Shown here: positions 29,888 through 41,618 of the stretch, piece by piece | How positions within the stretch are numbered: the first letter of the stretch is position 1 | How the letters are laid out: every line of letters begins with the position of its first letter | Assembly (NCBI GenBank): GCA_963801355.1 | Contig: CAWDEM010000004.1 | Span: forward strand, 512,001-576,000 | Direction of reading: 5' to 3' | Origin: Ignavibacteriota bacterium | GTDB taxonomy: Bacteria; Bacteroidota; Ignavibacteria; UBA10030; UBA6906 | Length of the DNA: 64,000 nt | The notes under the pieces: model-generated | Database searches by the model: none | What the model saw: the letters and a program-made list of their open reading frames with translations, nothing else | Told to the model about the DNA's origin: nothing | Position numbers and translations under genes: made by a program

Positions 29888-31225
29888 TCAACCCACCTTT
29901 AGCTTTTTGGCTATATCCTCGTCCGGGAGGAATACATAGGTCCGTCCCTCCTTCACGGTCTTGAAGAATCCCCTTTTTTCCAGGTCAAATAGATCTGTCC
30001 TAGCAGTCTGATAGACAATTCCATGGGTATTCATGTGTCTGCGAATGGTATAGGTGGTGTCCGGATGTCTCAAGGCGTGCTGCAAGATTTCCACTTGGCG
30101 GTGGTTCAACCCGGGAACCCTGCGCAGCTGCGATTTCGCCTTCTTGAATTCGCCCTGTTTCCTCCCGATGTATAGGTTCAGGTCTTCTATTGCCAGACGA
30201 AGAGTCCTAACGTGAAAGGAAACAAAATATGTCAAATCTCCGCTGTCTGTCTGCGAGAATCGGAAAGCTCTCATATACTTCGAGGGGGCTTTGAGAATGA
30301 TCCTGGATATCGGCAAAAACTCCATCAGCCAATATTTCTGTTTGAGCATGAACCAGTAGAAAAGGGCTCTTGCTGTTCTCCCGTTTCCATCCACGAAAGG
30401 ATGTTCGTACGCCAGCCAAAAATGCAAGATGATAGCCTTAACAACCGGGTGTATGAATGTCGATTCTGGGGTTTCATTGGCAAATTTGCAGAGTAGTTTG
30501 ACTCTCCGATCGAGTTCACTTGCCGGCGGAGGTGTATGCAGTATTTGACCATCCGTCATGTCAACGACATGAACCTCTTCAGCGGCCCTCCTAAAGCGTC
30601 CTGCAGCACTTGCGTCCTCAAGCGTACCGGCAGCCATGGAGGCCTGCAGCTCGCATAGCATTTCAGTCGATAATTCGTGGTCAGCCAGCTCCTTTACCAT
30701 TCTCATGGTACTGTAATTATTGAGTACCATCTGTTCGCCTCTATTGCGCGGCTTTCGTTGCTGCCGCAACATCTCCTTCGCTTTCTTTCGGGTGGTCGCA
30801 GCACCTTCAAGTATGCTCGATGCAATTGCCTCTTCCATCAACGAGTTCAATATGTACCTGTCTCGATCCGTTGGTCCTGCGATCGGTTCGTCTATCAAGA
30901 TCTGACCCGTTGCGTTCTGATCTATCAAGTGCAATTCTCGTTGAATGCCATTTGGCAACCAGTAGCCGAATGAAGCCCCATCCATGCTCACTAGCCCAAC
31001 AGGTCTTTTCTGGCCAAACCTTGACATCTTCAGCAACGACCAGCCCATCTCAGGTGTTATGCCTTTTGGCATTGGACGGAACCGAAAATCGTCCCAATGC
31101 AAGTACTTCTCATTGGATCGCTGTATTAGGTTCTTGGTTTCCTCTTGTGAGAGCAATGCAACAATTCTCTGAGGATCACTAAGGAAGATCTTGGTAAAAT
31201 CAGGTGGTATCGCTACGGGTTTCAT
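29888..31225 (-). CDS. Fic family protein (class II) with C-terminal wHTH
   Basis: Catalytic motif HPFVDGNGRTAR, inhibitory motif SSILEG, C-terminal YQTARTDL HTH. Confidence 0.92.
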   Translation of the reverse strand: MKPVAIPPDFTKIFLSDPQRIVALLSQEETKNLIQRSNEKYLHWDDFRFRPMPKGITPEMGWSLLKMSRFGQKRPVGLVSMDGASFGYWLPNGIQRELHLIDQNATGQILIDEPIAGPTDRDRYILNSLMEEAIASSILEGAATTRKKAKEMLRQQRKPRNRGEQMVLNNYSTMRMVKELADHELSTEMLCELQASMAAGTLEDASAAGRFRRAAEEVHVVDMTDGQILHTPPPASELDRRVKLLCKFANETPESTFIHPVVKAIILHFWLAYEHPFVDGNGRTARALFYWFMLKQKYWLMEFLPISRIILKAPSKYMRAFRFSQTDSGDLTYFVSFHVRTLRLAIEDLNLYIGRKQGEFKKAKSQLRRVPGLNHRQVEILQHALRHPDTTYTIRRHMNTHGIVYQTARTDLFDLEKRGFFKTVKEGRTYVFLPDEDIAKKLKVG

Positions 31226-31237
31226 GGGTATTGTGAG

Positions 31238-31275
31238 TTTTATACTAATCTATTCTAGATTAGTATAAAAGTCAA
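31238..31275 (-). promoter_or_regulatory. Promoter of the fic gene overlapped by a perfect 15-bp inverted repeat (operator)
   Basis: Minus strand TTGACT-17-TAGATT; inverted repeat TTTTATACTAATCTA-ttc-TAGATTAGTATAAAA. Confidence 0.75.
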
Positions 31276-31679
31276 TACTAATTTAGCATTGATTAGCATC
31301 GATTAGCATAGGTTGGGCTCAGTGATCTCCCCACTTGCGCCTCAATCCAGCCAAACAAATACTGGTTGATCCTGATGTAATGCTTGAGCATCAAATCCGG
31401 CTACACGCTACTGGATCCAGAACCTTGGGTTTAGACAGCGACCGTTTTCGCAATACAGCCTCACGGGCACAGCCCGCTTTTCACCATCCAAACCGCCTTG
31501 AACACTCCGAGGTCGTACAAATCACACAGATATCTCAATACACTCTCACAGACCCATCTCAGAACACCCATTCACCTCATGTCCCGTTGGAAACGCGAAG
31601 GGCCCGGTGATGAATGCCGAGCCCTCTATTTACCGCTTCAGTTGCGATCGTGCTATTTTTGGGTTAGTATCAGCTGATA

Positions 31680-34441
31680 CTATTTCAGAAGGAGTAATTT
31701 GCGCGTCTGGACGAAGTCGCCCGCTCCGCTCTTGGAGTCACGCCCGATGGCGGAGTCCAGAGGGCGGACCTGCAGTTGGTAAAAATACACTCCACTCGCA
31801 AGATTTGACCCGTCGAACTTGACCTCGTGAACCCCCGCATCCCTCCTCTCATTTACGAGCACAGTAACCTCTCGACCAAGCAAATCATAGACGCTCAACC
31901 TTACCTCCGTAGACTTCGGCATCTCATACCGGATCGTGGTGTTGGGATTGAAGGGGTTGGGGTAGTTCTGCTTCAAAACGAACCTGATCGGGTGTGTACC
32001 ATCGAGAAAAGGAACATCCGTAGCCAGCGGGCTTTCGCATGCACCAATATCGGGTCTTGTGCCACTCGGTTGCGGCCGTGGACCACCATAGAAACAGAAC
32101 GATGGCGCGTGATGCCACACATTTGCGATATGCATTGAGTCGACGCCAGCACCGATGCACGGACTGGAATCTGACAGGCGGTAGGTGCCATCAACGAAGA
32201 GAGGGTCTGCATCGATATTCCCCAGCGTATCCCCCCAGCCCCCCCGGACATCCGAATAATGAAGCTCTATCCCCCCGTACGTGTTCGGTTGGTGCCACGT
32301 GGTCCATTCGGGGACATCACCCAGGTAGATCTCTCCCCACTCCGTTGTGTCCTGGAGTTGATTCCACACGACGTTGTTCAGCAGAAAAGGCACGTGATTC
32401 ATGATGTGGAATCCGGAGCCGTCCCCGGCTGTGTTGCTTCGCAATCGTGTTGTTGATGAATGCGGGTCTCGGCATGTATTTGCCCGGGGAAGTCAGATTC
32501 GTGGTTGCGCCGCAGTATCTCCAGATCGATACTCCGCCACCCAGATAAGCTGCATAGTTGTTACATATGAGGTTGTTGTAGAACAGTTCCCCGGGATCAT
32601 CGTCCAAGGTCCCTGAGGGCGTGTCAGTATAGGCAACGTACACTCCTCCCCCGAAGCTCCGATAACCCAACGCTTGATTCCCAGTAATGACGTTGTTGCG
32701 AATGATCTTGACTCCCGGATTCGGGAATGCAGTGCAAATGCCGAGTCCACCACCCATTGCTTTCCAGTCTCCCAAGTCAACGCATGTATTGTCCTTGATG
32801 TGGTTGTGCTCGATGATGAAGTTTACGGACACATTCGGTAGTTCAGACATGACACTCATCCCTCCCGCTCCAGCCTTGTTCCCTTCGACCCGATTGCCCG
32901 CAATGAGATTACCCCGGACGACAAGAAACGTGCCCGGAACACCGAGCGGGCTAGATCCAAGGCCCCCGTTACCTGCCTCCCCATATGGATCAGGAACCGA
33001 CCTATGACTAATGTCATTTCCCGTTATGTGGTTGTTCGCAATCAGCGCACTCGACCCGCCGACCAACACACCTCCGCAAATCCTGGCATATGCTCCGAGG
33101 AGGAACATGCGCGTCCCGAAGCCACCTGTGATGGTAAAGCCACACAGCACAGTGGTCGTATCTTTGCAGGATGCGATCGTTACAGCGGTTGCCAGGTCAG
33201 TGCTGACAGGACGGCTCCCATCAATGATTGTGCGAGGGATATGATTTGTGTCCCCATCCAGGATGTACTGACTTGCAACAACGATAGACTTGCTCTGGAT
33301 GACGATGTTCTCATAGTACCGTCCGTCTGCCACCAGAACTGTGTCCCCGTCATGAGCTGCATCGATCGCCGTCTGAATCGTCGGATAGAACGACGGAACA
33401 TTCAACAACCGCCTTGCCGTTGCCACGCCGATCTCTCCGACCGAGAAAGGGCCATAGTCGTAATACATATAATAGATTGAACCTCTGACTGCAACGGCCG
33501 GTACCTCAACGGTGGCATAGGGATTTGCGGCGGCATACGGATCATCCTGTTTCTTGAAAACGGGATTAGCATCGTATTTGCTCCAATGAACACCATTGAT
33601 GCTGGTCGCATAGCCTATTCCTGCTTCGGCCCCATTCCCCTTGTCTCCATAATAGAACATTTCAAAGCCGGCCGGACTCGGCAAGACCCAACAGAAACAA
33701 GCCCTTGAGGCATCCCAACTTCCGGTCGGACTTACTCTGAGTACTGGGTCGCTTGAGCCAGGTGTAGCGGGGTCGTTGTATTTGGTCCAGACAATCCCGT
33801 CCGGAGAGGAAGCCATGCCTACCTGCCAAAACCCTAGTGGAAATTCCAGGTTGCTGCGCGGTATAGTACATCAGGTACCCTGAATCAGTTCGCAGCACGG
33901 AACTGGGGGCAATGAATCCGGCATCCCATTCTCCCGAACTTCCCACCGACAGCACAGCAGTATGGAGCCGGATCCATGGACCTTCCGGACGTGTTGCGGT
34001 TGCCCGCCCGATGAAGTCCCCCGGCCCGGAGCCACCGGATGATTTCGCACCATAGTACATGATCCACGCCGATTCTTCTACCAGCACTGTCGCACCACTC
34101 ACAGCGTACGCATCGAACCCGCTGCCGTCGGCTTGCAGTATCGGATTGGCGGCACTTTTGGTGAATGCAAATCCGTCTACTGAAACGGCTAATCCGATCG
34201 CTAAGGGCTGCGATTCAGCGTTCACAGTCCCTGTGTAGAAGATGTACGTCGTGTCGTTGTGAATCACAACGCTCGGTGCGAATGCGGCGCCGGCATCCCA
34301 ATGTCCAGCCGCACCCTTTCCGAGCACCGGGTTCCCGGGGTGAGCATTGAAGTGCCAGGGCTGAGACGACGCATATCCGCTGAAGAGAGCGACGGCAAGC
34401 GCAAGGATGGACGCCGATGCGAGAGCACGTTTAGTGTTCAT
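31680..34441 (-). pseudogene. Secreted protein (5-bladed glycosidase-like propeller + beta-helix + C-terminal sorting domain) split by two +1 frameshifts; pseudogene or sequencing error
   Basis: Three overlapping ORFs join near 33830-33860 and near 32438. Signal peptide at 34441 after [15 protein letters not shown] sorting domain at the end. Confidence 0.75.
31725..31769. repeat. 45-bp imperfect palindrome inserted in frame in a sorting domain, copy 1
   Basis: Encodes VRPLDSAIGRDSKSG between YFYQLQ and AGDF. Confidence 0.8.
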
Positions 34442-34765
34442 TTTGCACCTCCTCTGATATTCACGCCGGAACAATGCTCCACCTCAACCGATTCGGCTTC
34501 AGCCACGGCGCCTTGTACTGTCTCTCGGTGGACCAACGGAAGATCGCTGACTGCGAGGTCAGCTTGTGCAGCGACACTCAAGGATACCCGGCCTTTCGAT
34601 CTGCCCCCGGTCACACCATCGCTCACAAGATAAGCTTCGGTGCACCCGGAAGTCTATCACCGATTCAGCATTCTCATGCGATCTTTCAGCACGATCGCCT
34701 GACTTCAATGCCATCAGGCCCTGACAGGCCTCACCTTCGAGGATGCAGTACGGTTTTCGCGGGTG

Positions 34766-37700
34766 TCACGTGGGAGGTACGACGGGGGTATCTGAGGGGG
34801 AAAAGCCGAATTTCCTTCTGTAGGATTGTGCGAAATGGGAAAGGCTGTTGAAACCTACTTCGAATGCAGCTTCCGATACCGTTGCAGCCCTTCGTTCGAG
34901 CAGCTGACGCGCCCGCTCCAGTCGAATTGCACGAATGAACTCATTGGGATGTTGGCCAGCGATGGCGGTCAGCTTGCGTTCCAGCTGGGAGACGCTGAAT
35001 CCGACCTCCCGGGCAAGGTGCTCCACACCGAACTGGTCATCCCCGAGATGCCGCTGAACCGTGGAAAGACATTTCTGCAGGAATGCGTCGTCCAGAGATA
35101 CCACCGGAACAGCCTCCGGAACAAACCGCCATTCACGACTGAATCTCTCCCTTAGTCTGCGCCGGAGAGCGATGAGATTCCCGACGCGAGCCTTGAGCTC
35201 CCCAAGATCGAACGGTTTTATGAGATAGTCATCGGCCCCCCACTGCAATCCCTCCACCTTGTCCTTCGAGGCGGCTCTCGCAGTCAGCAGTATGACCGGG
35301 ATATGGCTGGTCCGCTCATCATTCTTGAGCCTCCTGCAAAGCTCGAATCCGTCCATCCTCGGCATCATCACGTCACTTATCACGAGGTCGGGGATCTCGT
35401 CAACTGCACGCTGCAGTCCTTCCTCACCGTCGGTCACACCATCAACGCGATAGTGCGCTCTGAGCGACCCTGTAAGGTAAGCGCGCATATCCGGATTGTC
35501 CTCCACCACGAGCACCAGCGCTTTGTGCCGGGCCCCGGATTTCTGGACTGCCCTCACCGTGCTCGACTGCGGCAGCGGCACATCCGAGGATTCCCCGGGA
35601 GGACCCTCCGCAACTTCTGATTCAGCACCACCCTCCACGATCTCATCTGAACTGAGGTGGCTTTTCCCGAGGGGGAGCAGGATTCTGAATGTCGTCCCCT
35701 TCTGCACGCGGCTCTCCACGGAAATGCTCCCCCGGTGCAGGTCGACGAGTTCTTTTGCCAGGGCCAGGCCGATACCGCTTCCCCCCAGCTCACGCGCCGT
35801 GGCATCCTCGACCTGGTAGAATCGTGAGAAAATTCTTTCCACGCTTTCGGGCGGGATTCCGATCCCGGTATCCGTCACCGTGATCTCGACATGGCGGGCC
35901 TCTGCGGGATGCCCCTCCTGCCGGAGCTCACTAGCCTGGAGCGAGACACCCACCAGAACTTCCCCCCCGTCCGGCGTGTACTTGAATGCATTGGAGAGCA
36001 GATTGTACATCACATTCTCGAATTTCCCCGGGTCCAGATAGACCTCGACACGGTCAGGACGTGCTGTGAATGACAGGCATATGCGCCTCAATCTGGCATG
36101 GGACTCAAAATTGGCGATGACTCTGCCTATGAAGCGCACCAGGTCAACTGGGCGGGCCTGAAGCTTCAGCCTTCCGGCTTCGATCTTCGCAAGATCAAGA
36201 AGCTGGTCGATGAGTCTCTGCAAACGTCGTGCACTCCGTTCCATGATGTGAAGCTCATGACGATCCAATTCATCGCGAGTCCGGGCCAACAGCTGGCAGA
36301 CGGGGCCCAGGATCAACGTCAACGGCGTCCGGAACTCGTGCGAAATGTTCGCAAAGAAGTGGGACTTCATGCAATCGAGTTCTTTCATTTTCTCTGATTC
36401 CACGCGTCGCAGTTCAAGCTCGTGCTGGTACCGGAGACGACGGGTTTGCAGCCGCCAGACTCCCACGAGGGTCGCCAGGACAAGGAGTGCATACCCGGCG
36501 TACGCCCAGCCCGAACGCCACCAGGGAGGCGTAATCGTGATGACAACCGACGCCCCGGTCTCGTTCCAGACTCCGTGGTTATTTGATCCTTTGACCCGAA
36601 AGAGGTATGTGCCAGGGTCGAGATTGGTGAAGCTCGCGGTTCGTTCCGTGCCGCAGTAGATCCACTCGTCTTGCAAGCCCTCCAGTCTGTACGCGTATCG
36701 GTTCTTCTCGGGATTGGTGAAATTCAAAGCTGCAAACTCCAGGGAAATAGCGTTCTGAGAATACGGGAGGGTAATGTGGCGGAGGAACTGGATCGCCGTG
36801 TCCAGCTCCAGACTCTTGTGGTAGACCTTGAAATCCGTCAGCCGGACTGGAGGAACATGCGAGTTCCTCCGGAGTTGCTCCGGGTAGAATCCGACCGATC
36901 CTGACGCGCCGCCTGAAAACACCAACTGTCCATCGGGTGCTCGCGCGGCATCCTGGCGGCCGCCGCCGAAAGCTGCAAACGGCAACCCTTCGCCTGTGCC
37001 ATAGCTCGTGATACTTCCATCTCTGACATCAAACATGGAAATGCCCTCGGCAGTGGCACACCAGATGTTCCCCCTCGAGTCTTCACGCACCTTGAGCACC
37101 CAGTCGCTCGCCATCCCGTGTGCGGCAAAGAAGGTTGTAAGCGTGTCGCTCCTCAGGTCCAGCCGATTCAGGCCGAACGCTGTTGCGATCCACACGGCAT
37201 TGGTGTCTACGACCGTCGGTCTGATAATGTCGCTTACCAGATCATAGCTTAGACCATTCCGGTGACCCGAGTTGCTCGCGTAGTGCTTCACCTCGGCAGG
37301 CCGTTCATTTGCCATCCGGATCCTGTAGACGCCGTCACCTAGTGTCCCCACCCAGAGGAGTCCCGATTGGTCTTCGAAGAGCGAGACGATCTCCCCCATC
37401 CCTGGTTTTCTGAATTGCAGATCGACGTTGACAAACCGATTCTGTGCTCTCCGGTATAGCTGGAGGTCTCGATCCAGCGAAGCGATCCAGATATCACCGG
37501 TTCGTCGCATCACAATGGCCGTGGGGAAATTCGGCGCGATTCCGGCTGGATTTCCTTCATCCTTCAGGAATTGGTGAGCGGTTCCGCTGGCGGGGTGAAG
37601 CCTGTTCAGGCCGCCTCCGTTTGTTGCCAGCCATATGTATCCGCTGTCGTCTTCACAGATAGCATTGATACAGTCGGCACCGATGCTCCGAGGAGCGCCC

Positions 37701-38932
37701 TGCCGGAGTTGGTAGTGTGTGAAGCGGCCGGACCGGAAGTCATACCTGTCGAGGCCTGAGGCGGCAAAACCAAACCAGAGATTTCCCGACCTGTCGAAGA
37801 ATGCGCTCTGGACGGCCGTGCTGCTCATGCTGTTCAGCTCCCCTTCGCGTCGTCGATAATGGATGAAGGGATTCTGGTGGTAGTCGAGTTTGTACAGCAA
37901 GGACCCGAAGGTGGGGATCCACAGGTTCCCCGATTGATCCCGGTAGAGGGAGGAGACGATCTCCTTCCCCAACGCTTCATAGCGTGTGAATGAGGGTTTT
38001 CTTCCAACCGACAGTGCCTTCAAGGGAATTGACGCGAGCCCTTTATCACAGGTACCCACCCAGAGGGTACCCGCAGGGTCGATAAGGAGCGAACTGATCC
38101 TGTCGGAAGGGAGAGAAGAGCGATCGGATCTATCGTGCCTGAAGCGGTGAAATCGTTCAGTTCTTGGGTCGAACATGTTGATCCCCCCGCCATCGGGTAT
38201 CCCCAAAAAACCAGTCCCGATCCAGAGATTCCCCGATTCATCTTCACAGATGGAACTCACCGTATTGTGGCTGAGGCTTAGCGGATTGCCGGGATCGTGC
38301 CTGAAATGCCGCATGTCACCTGTTCTTGGGTCAAGCCGGCTCAATCCCCCCTGGATTGTGCCTGCCCAGACATATCCCTGACGATCTTTGTGCAGAGCAA
38401 GAACAAAATTGTCACCCGAAGGGTGGCCGGGCGAAACAGTGTCGGAACAGTCATAAACTCTGCAGTGAGGGGTTCCTTGGGAATCCAGAACCAGGTTCAT
38501 GACACCTCGATCCTTGGTCCCAAGCCAGACCGAGCTATCATCGTCGGTGAGAACCGTCCATACGTCCATGTGAGCGAAGTGAACGAACCGATCGGTTCTT
38601 TGATCATAGTAGTTCAAGTCACCCCCATAGGTCCCTATCCAGAGATTCCCGCGATGATCGCCGTCGATATCCGTTACCCAGATGTCGGATATCCCGTTCG
38701 AATCATTGAGAGCAATCGTGTATCGCTTGAAGCCGTACCCATCGTACCGGTAGAGACCTGTCTCGGTGCCGATCCAGAGGAAGCCGGATGAGTCCTGAAA
38801 GACACAGGTGGGAATAACGAATCTGTACTGTTCAAACCGCGGTTGAACTGATTGAGCGTGGAGCACACTGGTCAATGCAAGGAATCCAATGACGCAGAAG
38901 GCACACCAGCCACGTTGCTTCAGTTCTTCCAT
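34766..38932 (-). CDS. Hybrid two-component system (beta-propeller sensor, Y_Y_Y, histidine kinase, receiver, AraC)
   Basis: Reg_prop repeats (D..G.LWIGT), ISHEFRTPLT, DTGIGI/GSGIGL, SDVMMP, C-terminal AraC HTH. Confidence 0.93.
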   Translation of the reverse strand: MEELKQRGWCAFCVIGFLALTSVLHAQSVQPRFEQYRFVIPTCVFQDSSGFLWIGTETGLYRYDGYGFKRYTIALNDSNGISDIWVTDIDGDHRGNLWIGTYGGDLNYYDQRTDRFVHFAHMDVWTVLTDDDSSVWLGTKDRGVMNLVLDSQGTPHCRVYDCSDTVSPGHPSGDNFVLALHKDRQGYVWAGTIQGGLSRLDPRTGDMRHFRHDPGNPLSLSHNTVSSICEDESGNLWIGTGFLGIPDGGGINMFDPRTERFHRFRHDRSDRSSLPSDRISSLLIDPAGTLWVGTCDKGLASIPLKALSVGRKPSFTRYEALGKEIVSSLYRDQSGNLWIPTFGSLLYKLDYHQNPFIHYRRREGELNSMSSTAVQSAFFDRSGNLWFGFAASGLDRYDFRSGRFTHYQLRQGAPRSIGADCINAICEDDSGYIWLATNGGGLNRLHPASGTAHQFLKDEGNPAGIAPNFPTAIVMRRTGDIWIASLDRDLQLYRRAQNRFVNVDLQFRKPGMGEIVSLFEDQSGLLWVGTLGDGVYRIRMANERPAEVKHYASNSGHRNGLSYDLVSDIIRPTVVDTNAVWIATAFGLNRLDLRSDTLTTFFAAHGMASDWVLKVREDSRGNIWCATAEGISMFDVRDGSITSYGTGEGLPFAAFGGGRQDAARAPDGQLVFSGGASGSVGFYPEQLRRNSHVPPVRLTDFKVYHKSLELDTAIQFLRHITLPYSQNAISLEFAALNFTNPEKNRYAYRLEGLQDEWIYCGTERTASFTNLDPGTYLFRVKGSNNHGVWNETGASVVITITPPWWRSGWAYAGYALLVLATLVGVWRLQTRRLRYQHELELRRVESEKMKELDCMKSHFFANISHEFRTPLTLILGPVCQLLARTRDELDRHELHIMERSARRLQRLIDQLLDLAKIEAGRLKLQARPVDLVRFIGRVIANFESHARLRRICLSFTARPDRVEVYLDPGKFENVMYNLLSNAFKYTPDGGEVLVGVSLQASELRQEGHPAEARHVEITVTDTGIGIPPESVERIFSRFYQVEDATARELGGSGIGLALAKELVDLHRGSISVESRVQKGTTFRILLPLGKSHLSSDEIVEGGAESEVAEGPPGESSDVPLPQSSTVRAVQKSGARHKALVLVVEDNPDMRAYLTGSLRAHYRVDGVTDGEEGLQRAVDEIPDLVISDVMMPRMDGFELCRRLKNDERTSHIPVILLTARAASKDKVEGLQWGADDYLIKPFDLGELKARVGNLIALRRRLRERFSREWRFVPEAVPVVSLDDAFLQKCLSTVQRHLGDDQFGVEHLAREVGFSVSQLERKLTAIAGQHPNEFIRAIRLERARQLLERRAATVSEAAFEVGFNSLSHFAQSYRRKFGFSPSDTPVVPPT

Positions 38933-39433
38933 GGCAGATTGTTCACCACCTAGGTGTCAAGGGGATTTTGTCCTCGGCCTTTCCAGAAAACCAGCGAAGG
39001 GGTACCAGCGGTAGAAGAGGGAGGCACATGCAATGGCCAACGCAGGTCGCACGTGTATACGAGGTAGGCAGCAGGTCGGGAGATTGCCATATCGAAGGGG
39101 CGGATGCATGTGCGCGCCTGCCAGAGCAAGTCGGGGAGAACAGTATTTGATTCCGATGGGAAAATCTTGGAGACGCTTCAGCTGCCGCAATGTACGGTGA
39201 GAGAGGACGAGAGTCAACTATAGAAAAGAATGTCAAGAGGAAACATAGCCCAGGAATCCTAAGACTTCGGGACTCAATCGCCCCTGGCAAAAGTCCAAAC
39301 TGTTTCACCCCATGTCCCGTTGGGGGCACAGAGCCGGAACGTAAGCGGGACGGCAAGGAAGAACGAAGAAATACCGGGGCGATGCACCGCCTTTACACCC
39401 GCAAAAGCCGTTCCCGGCGTTGTTCCACCTTCT

Positions 39434-41215
39434 CTACCCCTGCCGGCGATGATACAACCGATGCACCTCCAGTTGATGCTTCAGCGTGATTGCCACTTTC
39501 TTCTTCAATTGATCAATGAAATCCGGACCCAGGGTGAAGATGTCCTCTTCCTCTTTGGTCGGCGCCGTTTGCACCAGAGGCACCCTGCTTGTCTCCAGCA
39601 ACCGGATCAGTTCATTGGTGTTGTCAATGTCGTGCCGGGTAACGATCTGGATCTCCCGCAGTTTCTGATCGCCGTCCATGGGATAGATGTTCTGCTCCAC
39701 AGGCGGCTGCGAGTAGTCCGACCGGTCCAGGATGTCCTGGTACTGAATGGTATAGAGCACGTTGCGATAGAAGCAGATCAACGTCCGCAGTCTGTTCTGC
39801 AACAGAGCCCAGGGATCGTCCGGTGTTTTTTTCACTTTGCCGATATCGTCAATGGCCGACTGCAGCAGCGCGATCGCCTGCGTGAACAGGTTGCCGGTGA
39901 TCAGTGATCCGGAGAAGCCGTTGATCAACTCGAACCCCTGCAGGTTCATCAGGTCCGCTGCTTCTTCCTCCGAATTGGCCTGGAACTGGTATTTGCGGTA
40001 ATAGTCCTTCTCTTCCGGCGTCAGCTCCATGGGGAACGGCACCAGCGGTCGGGTGATCCAGCGCTGGTTGACGGTGCCGACGAGCATGACCGGATCGCCG
40101 GCATGATTGCGCACCATCAGAGCGGCCCGGCTGATCTTGTCCCACGCCTGCATCACATGATGTGCACCTTCCGCGCCGGCGAAGTGCTCCGCTGTGCGCA
40201 GAATATTCTGCATGCGACCGATCATGGTCGTGGTTGGATTGTTGCGGAATTGACGCACCAGTTCGAAGTATTCCGGCACGTTGGCCTCATCCATCATGAA
40301 CGTCCGGTTGGTCGTCTGGTCACCCCAGGCGTCCTGCAACTGCTCTGCGACCCGGAAGATATGCGGGATACCCAAAACGGGGCCCACGCCGGAATCATAA
40401 AAATTGTATCCGATGATGCGCGTCGGCACCGATTCGTCTCTGGTTTTGAAATTGAGTGCCTGCCCGGGTTTCAGCAACGGGATCACCGACGCCACTTCGG
40501 CCTGCGAGATATAGCCGGAGCCATAGTTCATGGAGACCTCGGCCTGCAGGCCGGCATCCCCGGCGCCGTCCTGTATAGTCGACATGAATCCGACGACGCG
40601 GTCGGCATACGATCGTTTTTCGCACCATGACGGACCGTTCTGGCCGGGATAGAGGCTGACGCTCCAGCAGATGCCGCCACCGGAATCGTTGGTCAACAGG
40701 GAAAAGGTCTCAATGGGCGCCTGGCGACACAATTCTGCCACCGCCTTGCGATACATGGCCAGCACTTCCGGCTGGTCGATACAGGGCGCATAGTAGGTAT
40801 GGCGTGCGCGTCGCGGATGTTCACAGCGGGGACCGCGCCATTCCGGATGAGCCTGATACACCGTTTCCGGCAGCCACGCCGGCTCTTTACCAAAGAACGC
40901 CGCTTTCAATCCCAACTCTCTCAGTATGGCGCATCGTTCCTTCACGATCTGCAGATTCTTCTTCGCATAGTCGGCAGGCAGGAATGGCTTCAATTCCTCC
41001 GGCACCACCACTTTGAATATCGATGTGACGAGCATACCCCAATTGGGATACGGATCGTTCAGATCCAGTTCCCACTGCCATCGGCTTTTCGGCAGGTCGC
41101 TGATCGACACGTGGGTGGCACTTAGTTCGGCCGCCTGCCTGGCCAATCGACGGAACTCCTCCATACTGTTGGTAGGACAGGAAAAGATCACCTTCTGCTT
41201 AGAATCCATTCTCAT
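39434..41215 (-). CDS. Hypothetical cytoplasmic protein, possibly with a glycoside-hydrolase-like barrel
   Basis: 593-codon ORF with AAGGAG before ATG 41215; fold assignment is tentative. Confidence 0.7.
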   Translation of the reverse strand: MRMDSKQKVIFSCPTNSMEEFRRLARQAAELSATHVSISDLPKSRWQWELDLNDPYPNWGMLVTSIFKVVVPEELKPFLPADYAKKNLQIVKERCAILRELGLKAAFFGKEPAWLPETVYQAHPEWRGPRCEHPRRARHTYYAPCIDQPEVLAMYRKAVAELCRQAPIETFSLLTNDSGGGICWSVSLYPGQNGPSWCEKRSYADRVVGFMSTIQDGAGDAGLQAEVSMNYGSGYISQAEVASVIPLLKPGQALNFKTRDESVPTRIIGYNFYDSGVGPVLGIPHIFRVAEQLQDAWGDQTTNRTFMMDEANVPEYFELVRQFRNNPTTTMIGRMQNILRTAEHFAGAEGAHHVMQAWDKISRAALMVRNHAGDPVMLVGTVNQRWITRPLVPFPMELTPEEKDYYRKYQFQANSEEEAADLMNLQGFELINGFSGSLITGNLFTQAIALLQSAIDDIGKVKKTPDDPWALLQNRLRTLICFYRNVLYTIQYQDILDRSDYSQPPVEQNIYPMDGDQKLREIQIVTRHDIDNTNELIRLLETSRVPLVQTAPTKEEEDIFTLGPDFIDQLKKKVAITLKHQLEVHRLYHRRQG

Positions 41216-41618
41216 GGCTCCTTTATTATTGTCTTCTGCCACAACGGAAAGGGGGATTTCGGCGATGGTTTTGCCGGACTCGAGGGACTTGATGCATGGA
41301 AGAACCGGGGGCTCGTTGCGAATTGGATCGTTACGCAGAAAGATACTTGGAACGGGGGAGAAACGCAAAGGCAGAAGGGGCCGGCGCAAGTACATGCCCC
41401 ATTGCATATTGTGTGACAATCCTGCACATTGCGGCCAGATCCTGAGCTGCACTCCACCAGGGCCAGAGAAGGCCTACCCGGGGTCCGGCGGCACCCAGGT
41501 CGCTACGCCATCCACTGGCAGCCCTCCTTTGACACCGAGGTGGTAGCAGGTCGTTTCCACGATATCACCCGGAAACCCGGAACGTACATTCTGCCGAACA
41601 ACAGGGAGGTCGACATCC

